Shown in pieces: positions 28,122 through 38,356 of a stretch of DNA of 64,000 bases. The translations under genes were made by a program, and so were the position numbers. Position 1 is the stretch's first letter, and each line of letters starts with the position of its first letter. The notes under the pieces are model-generated. The model ran no database searches and was not told the DNA's origin. It worked only from the letters and a program-made list of their open reading frames with translations. Source of the stretch: Candidatus Omnitrophota bacterium (GTDB taxonomy: Bacteria > Omnitrophota > Omnitrophia > Omnitrophales > Aquincolibacteriaceae); contig JAUYMS010000012.1 in NCBI GenBank assembly GCA_030698625.1, positions 29,872-93,871 on the forward strand. The letters run 5' to 3'.

Positions 28122-28989
28122 CTTCCGCCAGTCCCGCGGGGCAGGTGACATTGACCTCAATCAGTCGGTCCATCAAGACGTCAATGCCGACAAAATGAAG
28201 CCCCTGATTTTTTAGATAAGGGGCCATTTCTTCAACGAGCTTTTTTTCGAGACCCGTAAGCGTTGCCGGACAGTAACTCGCGCCCGCGCTCAAGTTGCCC
28301 CGGAAATCACCCTTCCCGAATCGCTTTTCATACGCAAGGAGGACTTCGCCATCAAGGATCAGAATCCGTTTGTCACCGTGAACCCCATCGCCTGTTAAAT
28401 AACGCTGCGCCATAATCGTCTGCGTCCCGTTCTGTGTCGCCTGTTTGAGCAATTCGCTTTTGTGGTTGTCGGCGCGGTGCAGGAGAAAAACTCCCTTCCC
28501 TCCCTTTTCATCAAGCGGCTTTACGACCACATCCGACTGCAGACGATCTTGAAAATCAAGTATCGTGGTTTCGGAACGGGAGACTACGGTTTCCGGCATC
28601 CAGCGGGAAAAATGGAGCGCCGACAATTTCTCGTTGTTGTTACGGATTCCGGTCGGGTGGTTCAGCACCGGCACCAGGCGGGCAACGTGGTCCAAGAGGT
28701 GCGTGAGGTACAGGTAATTGGCGTCGAACGGGGGCTCTTTGCGGATCAGGATAAGCTGAAAGTCACGAGCCTTTAGCCTCTTTCTGTCGGTAGCGTGATA
28801 TCGGAAGTCTGCATCCGGGCAGATGCGGCTCGCGTCAGCCACCACATCGGGCGTCTCATACCACACCTCATGGGTATCCGCTGCCCAGGTTGAGTGACCC
28901 CGGGCGGCCAATTCCCGCAAAAGGGTTAGCGAGGTATCCCATTTCGCATCAAGGACTTCTAGTGGATCTAAGATAAATAGACAATTCAT
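27976..28989 (-). CDS. gshB: glutathione synthetase (ATP-grasp)
   Basis: LF.LDP, D.S, RKEPPF...Y, N.P..IR..NEKL, KPL...GG.G, GDKRI, FRGNL..G, FVGIDV...LIEVNVTCP.G. Confidence 0.9.
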   Translation of the reverse strand: MNCLFILDPLEVLDAKWDTSLTLLRELAARGHSTWAADTHEVWYETPDVVADASRICPDADFRYHATDRKRLKARDFQLILIRKEPPFDANYLYLTHLLDHVARLVPVLNHPTGIRNNNEKLSALHFSRWMPETVVSRSETTILDFQDRLQSDVVVKPLDEKGGKGVFLLHRADNHKSELLKQATQNGTQTIMAQRYLTGDGVHGDKRILILDGEVLLAYEKRFGKGDFRGNLSAGASYCPATLTGLEKKLVEEMAPYLKNQGLHFVGIDVLMDRLIEVNVTCPAGLAEAKSLYPQLAPVQTWADSLEALVSGWKAPGAGPLRGYNPNTEVLSPLLP

Positions 28990-29113
28990 GATTTCTCCGT
29001 TTCCAATACCCTAGACTAGCGTAAAAAGCCGATATATCAAGGAAATTAGGAGGTATTGAGTAATTTCCCAATTGGCAGTATTCTACGGCTTATGAGTGCA
29101 ACCGAGGAAAGAC

Positions 29114-30478
29114 ATGAGTAAATTGATGGGGCAGGATAAAGGGCAAGAACGGATTACTGAGGAGGATTTGGCCGGGTATTTCCAGCGGTTTGCCAAAACG
29201 CGTGAGTTTATGCGGGTGGGAGTTGAATGCGAGTTCTTCGGTGTTCGGGCCAGGGACGGCAAGGCGATCCCCTTTGATGGACCCTCAGGTATTGAGGCCA
29301 TACTGAAGTGGCTTGCCCAGAACTTTGGCTATGAAGAGGTTCTTGAGGAGAGCAGGGTGATTGCCCTTAAACGGGAGGACATTTCTGTGACCTTGGAGCC
29401 CGGCGGTCAGGTGGAGTTAAGCGGTGCGCCAGTCTGGAACGTGTTCGAAATTGAAGCGCAGATCCAAGAGTTTGTCCACGAACTGCGTGAGTCGCGCTGC
29501 CGCTTTCCTGAACTGGAGTGGCTGGCCGTAGGGATACAACCCTTCAGTCGGGCGGATGACATAGCCTGGGTTCCCAAAAAAAGATACGAGATAATGCGTG
29601 AGCATTTCCGGGAACGCGGGCCGATGTCTCACCACATGATGAAAACTACCGCGACTAATCAGGTCAATTTCGATTATCTGAGCGAAGAAAACGCCATGGC
29701 AAACCTTCGTGTTGTCTACGGGATTACGTCGATTGTTTCGGCGCTCTTTGCCAATTCCGGGTTTTCTGAAGGGCGCCCAAACGGTTATGCGACAAAACGA
29801 TTGGAAATCTGGAATCACACCGATCCCGATCGAACGGGGCTTCTATTGCGATTCCTTGAACCCGGGGCGACTTTTCAGGACTATATTGAATATCTTCTAA
29901 AGATGCCGATGATCTTTTTGGTGCGTGACCGAAGATGGATTCCCTCTGATGGGCGCAGTTTTCGTACGTTTTTGGCAGAGGGATATCAGGGGTTCTCGGC
30001 GACGCTGGCGGACTTCGAGCTTCACTTAAGCACGGCTTTCCCCGAAGCGCGGCTCAAGCAATATCTGGAAATTCGCGGCGTGGACTGCCAGAGCCCTCAT
30101 CTGATGCCGGCCGTGGCGGCGTTTTGGAAAGGGATTCTCTATGACCCCGAGACAAGCGATAAGGCCTGGAAACTCGTGGCGGATGTCCCGCTGAAAGAGC
30201 GGATCCGGGTTCATCAGAATATCCCGCGCGAGGGCTTAAAAGGGCGCATTGGCGTCCGAACTGTGTTTGAAGTTGCCCGTGAGTTGGTGGATCTCGCCTG
30301 TGCCAGCTTGGCAAAGCAGAGGACTCAGACCGAAACCCGCGACGAGTGTCGCTTTCTGGACCGCATTAGGAAGACCATTATTGCCGAAGGCAAGTCACCC
30401 GCTGAGACGATGCTGGAAAAGTGGTACGCGGATCTGGGGGAGGACCCTGCCAGATTGCTGGAGTATCTGAGAATCTAG
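29114..30478 (+). CDS. gshA: glutamate--cysteine ligase (GCS2, plant/alphaproteobacterial type)
   Basis: VG.E.E.F, TLEPGGQ.ELSG, W.PK.RY, MM..T...QVN.DY, ALFANS, HLST.FPE.RLK.YLE.RG.D. Confidence 0.92.
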   Translation: MSKLMGQDKGQERITEEDLAGYFQRFAKTREFMRVGVECEFFGVRARDGKAIPFDGPSGIEAILKWLAQNFGYEEVLEESRVIALKREDISVTLEPGGQVELSGAPVWNVFEIEAQIQEFVHELRESRCRFPELEWLAVGIQPFSRADDIAWVPKKRYEIMREHFRERGPMSHHMMKTTATNQVNFDYLSEENAMANLRVVYGITSIVSALFANSGFSEGRPNGYATKRLEIWNHTDPDRTGLLLRFLEPGATFQDYIEYLLKMPMIFLVRDRRWIPSDGRSFRTFLAEGYQGFSATLADFELHLSTAFPEARLKQYLEIRGVDCQSPHLMPAVAAFWKGILYDPETSDKAWKLVADVPLKERIRVHQNIPREGLKGRIGVRTVFEVARELVDLACASLAKQRTQTETRDECRFLDRIRKTIIAEGKSPAETMLEKWYADLGEDPARLLEYLRI

Positions 30479-30496
30479 GCGCTTAGAGTACGCTTC

Positions 30497-30525
30497 TTGT
30501 CGACTCTTCCATTCTCCGGTATAAT
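30497..30525 (+). promoter_or_regulatory. sigma70-type promoter of tRNA-Pro
   Basis: TTGTCG-17nt-TATAAT. Confidence 0.6.
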
Positions 30526-30558
30526 CCTGCTCTTGCTCGTCATCAACCGTTTCAATAT

Positions 30559-30633
30559 CGGGATGTAGCACAGCATGGCTAGTGCGCTCGGTTCGGGTCC
30601 GAGAGGTCGCAGGTTCGAATCCTGCCATCCCGA
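30559..30633 (+). tRNA. tRNA-Pro (anticodon CGG); CCA not encoded
   Basis: Acceptor CGGGATG/CATCCCG, anticodon stem CTCGG/CCGAG with loop TT-CGG-GT, T arm GCAGG-TTCGAAT-CCTGC. Confidence 0.96.
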
Positions 30634-30646
30634 CTCCCATTTTCAA

Positions 30647-30674
30647 TTGCATTTTTGAGACCCGCTCATATAAT
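30647..30674 (+). promoter_or_regulatory. sigma70-type promoter of the gcv operon
   Basis: TTGCAT-16nt-TATAAT. Confidence 0.55.
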
Positions 30675-30736
30675 GTGTCAAATAGAAGGTCCGAACCCGG
30701 GTTTTACGACCCTCCCATATTGAAAGACTACCGAGG

Positions 30737-31852
30737 TTGAACGAAATTACCGTGTCCCAGATCTGCCGATTGCCGCTCCACGACACACATGTCCGTTTGG
30801 GTGCACGTATCGGGGCGTTCGGCTCGTGGGAAGTACCGCTTTATTACACAAGCATCGTTCAGGAGCACGAAGCGGTACGCCAAAGGGCCGGTCTTTTTGA
30901 CATTTCTCATATGGGGGAATTCCGGGTAACAGGGAATGACGCCCTTGGGTTTTTGCAGGAGCTCCTGCCGCGGGATGTCGGCAAAATGGAAACGGGGCAG
31001 GCTTTGTACATGCCGTTATTAAATGAAGACGGCGGAATTATTGATGACGTCATTCTTTACCGTTTTGAGCCGGCGCATTTTCTGCTTATTGTCAATGCGG
31101 GTAATGTCGATAAGGATTGGTCCTGGGTCGAATCCAGAGCCGCCGCTCATAAAGGGGCGGCACCCGACTTTAAGATTCAAAATGCCAGCGCCGATTTCGG
31201 CTTGCTTGCCTTGCAGGGGCCCGGCAGTGCCGCAATTATTGAAAAGACACTCGGATCGACTTGGACAGATGTGGCTTATTATCACTTTCGGCCTTTTGGA
31301 GACGGCATGATTGCACGGACCGGGTACACCGGTGAAGACGGTTTTGAGATCATGGTCAAGAAAGCAGGCCTCTTGGAGATGTGGGATCGTCTTATGGCGG
31401 CCGGCCGCGCAGACGGATTGGTCCCCGCAGGTTTCGGCGCCCGCGACACCCTGCGGCTCGAAGCGGGCATGCTGCTCTATGGGCACGATATGGAGGATAC
31501 GACGAACCCGCTCGAAGCCGGAATAAGCTGGGCCGTCGATCTGAAGAAGGCATCCTTTATAGGCCGCGATGCCTTGGCGAAGCAGGCTGGCAAACCGCAG
31601 GCGAAAAAGCTGGCGGCTTTTGAGATGATTGAGCGCGCCATTCCGCGGCAGGGCTATGAGCTTCGCAAGGGTTCTCAGACGCTCGGGCATGTCACGAGCG
31701 GAACATTTTCGCCGACGCTCGCGAAGAATATCGGTATGGGGTATGTCCCTCCGTCAGAAGCCGTAGCCGGTAATGAAATTCAGGTGGTCGTCAGACAAAA
31801 ATCGATACAAGCAAAAATAGTTAAACTTCCGTTCTATAAAAGAAAGAAATAA
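30737..31852 (+). CDS. gcvT: glycine cleavage system T protein
   Basis: GLFDISHMG, GGIIDD, RTGYTGEDGFE, GARDTLRLEAG..LYG, SPTL..NIGMG. Confidence 0.96.
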   Translation: MNEITVSQICRLPLHDTHVRLGARIGAFGSWEVPLYYTSIVQEHEAVRQRAGLFDISHMGEFRVTGNDALGFLQELLPRDVGKMETGQALYMPLLNEDGGIIDDVILYRFEPAHFLLIVNAGNVDKDWSWVESRAAAHKGAAPDFKIQNASADFGLLALQGPGSAAIIEKTLGSTWTDVAYYHFRPFGDGMIARTGYTGEDGFEIMVKKAGLLEMWDRLMAAGRADGLVPAGFGARDTLRLEAGMLLYGHDMEDTTNPLEAGISWAVDLKKASFIGRDALAKQAGKPQAKKLAAFEMIERAIPRQGYELRKGSQTLGHVTSGTFSPTLAKNIGMGYVPPSEAVAGNEIQVVVRQKSIQAKIVKLPFYKRKK

Positions 31853-31868
31853 ACGCGTTGGAGGATAC

Positions 31869-32261
31869 ATGAATTTCCCAAAAGAATTACGATATACGAA
31901 ATCTCATGAGTGGGCGCGCCGCGAAGGTGAGAAAGTTGTTTGCGGCATTACCGAGTATGCCCAGAAAGAGATTTCGGATGTGGTCTTTGTTGAGGTTCCC
32001 AAGAGGGGGCAGGCGGCAGAGCAGGCCAAAGCTGTGGCCGTTGTTGAATCCGTAAAGGCGGCATTCGATATCTATGCGCCGATGTCAGGCAAGGTGTCGC
32101 AGGTTAACGCAGACCTGGAATCGCGGCCGGAACTTGTGAATCAGGATTGCTATGGGCAGGGTTGGTTTTTCGAGATCGAGGCCAGTGACCCCTCTGAGTG
32201 GGATAAATTGATGACAGCCGAAGAGTATGAAAAAAACATTCAGAATGAAAGTGTCAAGTAG
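31869..32261 (+). CDS. gcvH: glycine cleavage system H protein
   Basis: SHEW, VESVKAA (lipoyl-Lys), PELVN..Y..GW. Confidence 0.97.
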   Translation: MNFPKELRYTKSHEWARREGEKVVCGITEYAQKEISDVVFVEVPKRGQAAEQAKAVAVVESVKAAFDIYAPMSGKVSQVNADLESRPELVNQDCYGQGWFFEIEASDPSEWDKLMTAEEYEKNIQNESVK

Positions 32262-33598
32262 TGCATTACCAGCCTCTATCTACGGAAGATAAACAGGCGG
32301 TTCTCGACGGCATCGGCGTCGCCGACATCAACGAACTCCTCAAGGGAGTTCCGTCCTCGTTAAGGCATCCCAAGATCAATATTCCGCCTGCTCTGAGCGA
32401 GCTCGAAGTCCAGCGCCTTCTCAGGGAACTCGGGAGCATGAATCAGTGCGTCGGGAGCAGCCTTTCTTTTCTGGGCGCCGGAAGCTACGAGCACTTTGTT
32501 CCGGCAGCCGTTGCCGAGGTAACGCGCAGAAACGAGTTCTACACGGCTTATACCCCTTATCAGGCAGAGGCATCGCAGGGCACGCTTCAGAGTATTTACG
32601 AGTACCAGAGCCTCATGACCGAGCTGACGGGGCTCGACATTTCGAATGCGTCTCACTATGACGGCGCTACGAGCATGGCCGAAGCGGCGCTCCTGGCTTT
32701 GCGCCACACTGACCGCACGCGTGTCCTTGTCTCAGAGGCGGTTCACCCGCATTACCGCGAAGTTTTAAAGACCTACCTGCGCGGGACTCCGTATGAGGTC
32801 GAAGAGTTCGGCCTGAACGCAGACAGAACTTTCAATGTTGACGATTTCAAATCAAAGTTAAACGATCAAGTCGCGGGCGCAATTTTCCAGAGCCCGAATT
32901 TCTTCGGTGTTCTGGAAGATCTAGAAGGCCTGAGCGATAAGCTGCATGGTCTGGGAGCGCTCATGATTCTCGTCGGTCACCCCTTGGCCTACGGGGCGTT
33001 GACATGTCCGGGGGAGTGGGGCGCTGACGTTGCCGTGGGCGAAGGGCAGCCGCTCGGGATCGGTCTTCAATACGGAGGTCCGTATCTGGGCTATTTTGCC
33101 GCCACGCGGTCGCTCATGCGGCGCATTCCGGGCCGTCTCTGCGGCATGACGCAAGACTCGGAGGGGCGCAGGGCCTTTACCCTCACCATTCAGGCGCGCG
33201 AACAGCACATACGGCGTGAGCGGGCGACTTCCAATATATGCACGAACCAGGCGCTCTGTGCCCTGGCCGCATGCGCGTACATGACTCTGCTCGGCAAGGA
33301 GGGCATTCGCGAAGTCTCCGAGATCAACATGGACCGCGCGTACTATCTGCGCAGCCGCATCGGCAAACTTACGGGCTTTGAAGTGGATATGAAGACGCCT
33401 ATTTTTAATGAGTTCGTCGTGAAATCAGCCAAGCCCTTTTCAAGGATCCAAGAAAAGCTTGTGAAAAAGAATATCTTTCCCGGAGTTGAGATTACGCAAT
33501 TTTACCCAAAATTTAAGAATGAATTCCTCGTATGCGCTACTGAAACAAAGACGCGCGAACAGATGGATGCCTTTGTCGAGAAGTTGGCCAAATGTTAA
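32261..33598 (+). CDS. gcvPA: glycine dehydrogenase subunit 1
   Basis: [44 protein letters not shown]. Confidence 0.96.
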   Translation: MHYQPLSTEDKQAVLDGIGVADINELLKGVPSSLRHPKINIPPALSELEVQRLLRELGSMNQCVGSSLSFLGAGSYEHFVPAAVAEVTRRNEFYTAYTPYQAEASQGTLQSIYEYQSLMTELTGLDISNASHYDGATSMAEAALLALRHTDRTRVLVSEAVHPHYREVLKTYLRGTPYEVEEFGLNADRTFNVDDFKSKLNDQVAGAIFQSPNFFGVLEDLEGLSDKLHGLGALMILVGHPLAYGALTCPGEWGADVAVGEGQPLGIGLQYGGPYLGYFAATRSLMRRIPGRLCGMTQDSEGRRAFTLTIQAREQHIRRERATSNICTNQALCALAACAYMTLLGKEGIREVSEINMDRAYYLRSRIGKLTGFEVDMKTPIFNEFVVKSAKPFSRIQEKLVKKNIFPGVEITQFYPKFKNEFLVCATETKTREQMDAFVEKLAKC

Positions 33599-35085
33599 TT
33601 TCACCCGATGACCAGTTGAGTTTTGAGAAGAGCCGGCCCGGAAGACGGGGGGCTTCGCTTCCGGCTGACCGCTGTGCGAAAGACAAGCTGTTTGAGAAGA
33701 TCCCCGATCACTTCAAACGCCGCAGGCCGCTCCTGTTTCCGGAACTCTCCGAGCCCGAGATTGTGCGTCATTTCGTCAACCTCTCGAGAAAGAATTTTTC
33801 GATTGACACTCATTTTTACCCGCTCGGAAGCTGCACAATGAAATACAACCCGAAGGTGAACGAGTGGGCTGCCGGCCTGGACGCTTTTGCGAATCTTCAC
33901 CCGCTGCAACTCGAAAAGACAACCCAAGGCATACTCAAAGTGATGTGGGACCTCGAAGGATATCTCCGGGAAATTACCGGTATGGACCGTTTTACGCTGC
34001 AGCCGGCAGCGGGTGCTCACGGGGAGTTGACGGGCATGATGCTTGTGCGGGCCTATCATGACGCGCTCGGTCAGACGAAAAGAAAGAAAGTCCTCGTTCC
34101 TGATTCGAGTCACGGCACCAATCCGGCAAGTGCGGCGTTGCTTGGTTTTCATGTGATCGAATTAAAGTCGAATGCCCGGGGCCGCGTCGACCTCGAGACA
34201 CTCGAAAAACACCTGGACGATGAGACTGCCTGCCTCATGTTGACGAATCCGAATACCCTGGGCCTGTTTGAAGAAGAGATTATGCAGATCACCAAGCGTG
34301 TGCATGAAAAAGGCGCGCTCCTCTATTATGACGGCGCAAACCTCAACGCTTTGATGGGAATTGCCCGGCCCGGGGATATGGGCTTTGATATCGTGCATCT
34401 GAATCTTCACAAGACTTTCTCAACGCCGCACGGCGGCGGCGGGCCCGGTTCGGGACCGGTCGGTGTACGCGCGAAGCTTGTGCCGTATCTGCCTGTGCCT
34501 CTCGTGACTCAGCAGGGGCAGAATTATAAACTCGATTTCGATAATAAAAAGACCATCGGCCGCGTGAAATCGTTTTACGGCAATACGGGGATGCTGCTGC
34601 GCGCCTACGTTTACATCCGTTCCCTGGGCAGGGAAGGCTTGTTCAAGGCGAGTGAGGATGCCATTTTGAATGCCAACTACTTGAAGGAAAAACTGAAGGT
34701 CGCTTACAAGGTGGCTGTGGATGAGCCGTGCATGCACGAGTTCGTGCTTTCTTTGAAATCGGCGGGTGTTCACGCCGGCGATGTCGGAAAGAGACTGCTC
34801 GATTACGGATTTCATGCCCCGACCGTTCACTTTCCGCTCGTGGTCGAAGAGGCTCTCATGATCGAACCCACGGAAAGCGAAAGTAAGGAGACTCTGGATC
34901 TCTTCGTGAAGGCGATGATCGAGATCGCTAAGGAAATCATTGAGGAACCGGACAAAGTGCGCATGGCGCCGCATACCATGCCGATTCGCCGCCCCGACGA
35001 GGTGATGGCGGCGCGCAGGCCCATCCTTTCATATCGCGATCAGCTTCGTGAAAGGATTCTCCTGGCCGAAGGCGCGCCGACATAA
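33592..35085 (+). CDS. gcvPB: glycine dehydrogenase subunit 2
   Basis: [53 protein letters not shown]. Confidence 0.96.
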   Translation: MLISPDDQLSFEKSRPGRRGASLPADRCAKDKLFEKIPDHFKRRRPLLFPELSEPEIVRHFVNLSRKNFSIDTHFYPLGSCTMKYNPKVNEWAAGLDAFANLHPLQLEKTTQGILKVMWDLEGYLREITGMDRFTLQPAAGAHGELTGMMLVRAYHDALGQTKRKKVLVPDSSHGTNPASAALLGFHVIELKSNARGRVDLETLEKHLDDETACLMLTNPNTLGLFEEEIMQITKRVHEKGALLYYDGANLNALMGIARPGDMGFDIVHLNLHKTFSTPHGGGGPGSGPVGVRAKLVPYLPVPLVTQQGQNYKLDFDNKKTIGRVKSFYGNTGMLLRAYVYIRSLGREGLFKASEDAILNANYLKEKLKVAYKVAVDEPCMHEFVLSLKSAGVHAGDVGKRLLDYGFHAPTVHFPLVVEEALMIEPTESESKETLDLFVKAMIEIAKEIIEEPDKVRMAPHTMPIRRPDEVMAARRPILSYRDQLRERILLAEGAPT

Positions 35086-35093
35086 CGGGCTCC

Positions 35094-35768
35094 TTGATGA
35101 AAACGTGGCAGTTGCTTCCGGAAATAAGTGCATCGATGCCTTTTCAAATGGCTCTCGACGAGCTCTGCTTTCGAAGGGCCAAAAACGGATCCCTCACGGA
35201 ATCTGCCCCGCCCATCATCCGTTTCTATTTTTCGTCAGGGCCGTGGATTACGGTAGGTTATTCACAGACGGCGGGCGAGATTAATTCCGTACCTGTTTGC
35301 AAGAGGTTGACCGGAGGAGGTAGGGTGCGGCACGGTTCCGATCTTATATTTTCTCTTATTGCCCGCAAATCAGATCATGAATCCTTTACGTCCGTGCGAA
35401 TAAGCTATCTCAAGATCCATGAAGCCGTAAAGTCGGCTTTCGAGGCCTTAGGCCGGAGCCCGCGCATGTATCGCTGTGACGAAGAACTACCGCGGGGGGA
35501 AGATTGTTTTCGCTTTCCGATCGCAACCGATCTTTCTTTGAACGGCCGTAAAGTGGCCGGCGGCAGTCAGAAGCGCTCTTCGGGTTTTCTGCTCCATCAG
35601 GAGTCTATCCAGGATCTCCACGGCATTCCTTACCGTGATCTTATCCGGGAATTATCCCGTGCTTTTGAGCAGGTGTTCGCTGCGCGTTTGGTTTCAACGG
35701 ATCTTAGCCCGGAACTATTGCGCGAGGCGGAAGAATCGGCCGGGGCGCGAGAGGGGGTCGCTGTATGA
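35094..35768 (+). CDS. lipoate-protein ligase / LipM-like octanoyltransferase
   Basis: MA.DE, GY.Q, R.TGGG.V.H, KVAG..Q.R; directly after the gcv genes. Confidence 0.85.
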   Translation: MMKTWQLLPEISASMPFQMALDELCFRRAKNGSLTESAPPIIRFYFSSGPWITVGYSQTAGEINSVPVCKRLTGGGRVRHGSDLIFSLIARKSDHESFTSVRISYLKIHEAVKSAFEALGRSPRMYRCDEELPRGEDCFRFPIATDLSLNGRKVAGGSQKRSSGFLLHQESIQDLHGIPYRDLIRELSRAFEQVFAARLVSTDLSPELLREAEESAGAREGVAV

Positions 35769-36151
35769 AAGAGCTCGATAGCTTTCTCCATAAAATAGAA
35801 AAACTCATCGAAGAGAATGCTCAGTACAAGTATGAGGCCTACAGCTTTGTCCTGGCGGCGCTTCATTATGCCTCGTCGAGCCTGAAAAAACCCCGCCACA
35901 TCACGGGCAGGGAGCTCCTCGAGGGGATCAGGAAGTACTCCCTGGATCAGTTCGGCCCCTTAGCAAAAACCGTATTGAATTATTGGGGGATTCACGAAAC
36001 TGCCGATTTCGGCAAGATCGTCTTCGGGTTGGTCGACGCCGGAGTTTTGCGTAAACAGCCGGAAGATAAGATCGAAGATTTTGAGAACGTCTACAGCTTT
36101 GACGAGGCGTTTCACCAAGATTTTGAGATCGAGGACGACCCGTCAACGTGA
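35765..36151 (+). CDS. Minf_1886 / TIGR04138-like PVC-restricted protein
   Basis: AY.FV..AL, HI.G.ELL.G, FG.LA..VL..WGI..T.DFG.IVF.L. Confidence 0.8.
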   Translation: MKELDSFLHKIEKLIEENAQYKYEAYSFVLAALHYASSSLKKPRHITGRELLEGIRKYSLDQFGPLAKTVLNYWGIHETADFGKIVFGLVDAGVLRKQPEDKIEDFENVYSFDEAFHQDFEIEDDPST

Positions 36152-38202
36152 AACCCGAAGCCATCCTCGCCGATTTAAACGATGCGCAGAAGCAGGCCGT
36201 GACCTGGCCGGCGCAGCCCCTGCTTATACTGGCCGGCGCGGGCAGCGGCAAGACGCGAATCCTTACCCGCCGAATCGCCCATCTGGTTAAGAGCGGTGTC
36301 CCGTCGTTTAATATTTTGGGAGTCACCTTTACCAATAAAGCGGCTCAGGAGATGAAACTGCGTGTGCAGCAACTCATCAACCAGGATGTCTGGATAAGTA
36401 CTTTTCATGCGACCTGCCTGCGAATTCTGCGCATGGAAGGTCCGGCCATTGGCATCGATAAGAACTTTACGATTTATGATGACCAGGACCAGATGAGTGT
36501 GATCAAGGATTGCCTGAAGGAGCTCGGCCTCAATGAGAAGCAGGCGCATCCGAAGGGTGTCCGGGAGCGGATCCAGCGCGCCAAGGATTTTTTGACGACG
36601 CCGTATCAATACGCCGAGAGGGCCGAAGATTTTTTTGAGGAGCAGGTGGCGCGTGTCTATGAGCGCTATGAGAGGGAACTGGCCCGGTTGAAGGCCCTTG
36701 ATTTCGGCGACTTGATTATGAAGACGGTATTGCTATTCGACCGTCATCCCCGGGTGCTCCAAACTTGGCAGGACCGCTTCCAACATATATTGATCGATGA
36801 GTATCAGGATACCAACAATTGCCAATACCGTTTGATCCGGCTGTTGGCGGCCTCAAAGCGGCAGATCACGGTGGTCGGGGATCCGGATCAGTCGATCTAT
36901 GCTTGGCGCGGGGCCGATATTCGCAACATCCTCAATTTCGAAAAGGATTATCCTGACTGCGGCATCATCAAGATGGAACAGAACTATCGCTCGACGGCCG
37001 TGATCCTTGAGGCGGCCAATGAGTTGATTCAGCGTAATCAGATTCGCAAGCCGAAGTCGTTGTGGACGGAGCGTGAGGAGGGGGCTCGCATCCGTCTCGT
37101 GGAAACAGAGGACGAAAAGGAAGAGGCCCGGTATGTCGTCAGTCAAATTGTCCGCGCCAAGAACGCGGGGCATGCGCTCTCGGACGTGGTTGTCTTTTAC
37201 CGAACCCATGCCCAGTCGCGGGTATTAGAGGACGTGCTTCGCCGGGTAAATATTCCGTATAAGATTCTGGGCGGCACGCGGTTCTATGACCGTAAGGAGA
37301 TCAAGGATCTCATCGCCTATTTACGGGTCATTGCCTTCCCGCATGACGACGTCAGTATGAAGCGTATTCTAAATGTTCCGGCGCGAGGTATCGGTAAAAA
37401 GGCTCTGGAAACGTTGGCGGCGGCAGTGGCCGAGAAGTCGCTCACCATGAACGATGTCCTGCAGCGGGCGGATTCGTTGGAACTCACGCCGCGGACCAAG
37501 CGCACCGTCAAACAATTTTCCGAAATGCTGACCCGATTCAGACAGCAATCGTCTCAGGGCAGTCTTTCGGGCTTGTTGGAGAAGCTGCTGGAGCGGACAG
37601 GATACGTCGATGCCCTCGAAGCCGAAAAGACCGTAGAGGCCCAAGCGCGAATTGAAAATATAGAAGAATTCTTTACGGTCATTAAAGACTTTGAAGAGGA
37701 GAAGCACGAACAGAAGCCGACGCTTGCGGGTTTCTTGGAATCCATCTCTTTAATGACCAATCTCGACTCCTGGGATAAGGGTTCCAATGTCCTGACCCTC
37801 ATGACCTTTCATATGGCCAAGGGGCTGGAGTTTCCGTTGGTCTATATGATAGGGATGGAGGAGGGGATTTTCCCCCATTACAATTCCTATACGGATGATC
37901 CCGAGGATTTAGAAGAAGAGAGACGGCTCTGTTACGTCGGCATCACGCGGTCTAAGGATGAACTGACCCTGACCTATGCGCGCCAGCGACGCCTCTTCGG
38001 TTCCGTGCAGCACAACCTGCCTTCTCGCTTTCTCAATGAGATGCCTTCCGGCCTATTCGATACCCGCCTTTCCGGAGACTCGGCTTTTCAGCATGCGCTC
38101 GACGAGCCTGATGACGTTTTGAAGGACGATGACGGTGGTGATATTGATATTGACATTGAGCTCGAGCCTGACGAGATAAAGCGCCGCATCTTGTTTGATT
38201 AG
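36148..38202 (+). CDS. pcrA: ATP-dependent DNA helicase UvrD/PcrA
   Basis: AGAGSGKT, TFTNKAA, DEYQDTN, GDPDQSIY, NYRS, H.AKGLEF, EEERRL.YV.ITR; acidic tail. Confidence 0.95.
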   Translation: MKPEAILADLNDAQKQAVTWPAQPLLILAGAGSGKTRILTRRIAHLVKSGVPSFNILGVTFTNKAAQEMKLRVQQLINQDVWISTFHATCLRILRMEGPAIGIDKNFTIYDDQDQMSVIKDCLKELGLNEKQAHPKGVRERIQRAKDFLTTPYQYAERAEDFFEEQVARVYERYERELARLKALDFGDLIMKTVLLFDRHPRVLQTWQDRFQHILIDEYQDTNNCQYRLIRLLAASKRQITVVGDPDQSIYAWRGADIRNILNFEKDYPDCGIIKMEQNYRSTAVILEAANELIQRNQIRKPKSLWTEREEGARIRLVETEDEKEEARYVVSQIVRAKNAGHALSDVVVFYRTHAQSRVLEDVLRRVNIPYKILGGTRFYDRKEIKDLIAYLRVIAFPHDDVSMKRILNVPARGIGKKALETLAAAVAEKSLTMNDVLQRADSLELTPRTKRTVKQFSEMLTRFRQQSSQGSLSGLLEKLLERTGYVDALEAEKTVEAQARIENIEEFFTVIKDFEEEKHEQKPTLAGFLESISLMTNLDSWDKGSNVLTLMTFHMAKGLEFPLVYMIGMEEGIFPHYNSYTDDPEDLEEERRLCYVGITRSKDELTLTYARQRRLFGSVQHNLPSRFLNEMPSGLFDTRLSGDSAFQHALDEPDDVLKDDDGGDIDIDIELEPDEIKRRILFD

Positions 38203-38289
38203 AAGCATTTAGACCTATTATTTAGAAGTCGTTTAACCTCTCCAATCCTAACACTCCTATCACCCACTAAAAAAAACATGATCGAAATT

Positions 38290-38318
38290 TTGACAAATCC
38301 ACTATGATCAGCTACTTT
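38290..38318 (+). promoter_or_regulatory. putative sigma70 promoter of the large secreted protein
   Basis: TTGACA-17nt-TACTTT in an AT-rich 154-nt intergenic region with an upstream A-tract. Confidence 0.55.
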
Positions 38319-38356
38319 TAATATACTAAATAAACTATTAGCAAAAGTGGACGCAA

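Noticed and set aside
29021-29049. Fourth copy of the 27-bp intergenic motif between gshB and gshA (also one near 38209)
   Set aside because: It needs gaps to align, so it was not counted.
30675-30736. Glycine riboswitch upstream of gcvT
   Set aside because: The leader is only about 55 nt, has one weak hairpin, and lacks the GGAGA/CCGAAG/CTCTCAGG elements.
30479-30736. Genomic island integrated at tRNA-Pro
   Set aside because: No integrase was seen, I saw no duplicated tRNA 3' end, and housekeeping gcv genes follow immediately.
31019-31690. Long antisense ORFs (e.g. 31019-31690, 11884-12534, 22980-23567, 34420-34974)
   Set aside because: They are shadows of well-supported + strand genes and carry no recognisable motifs.
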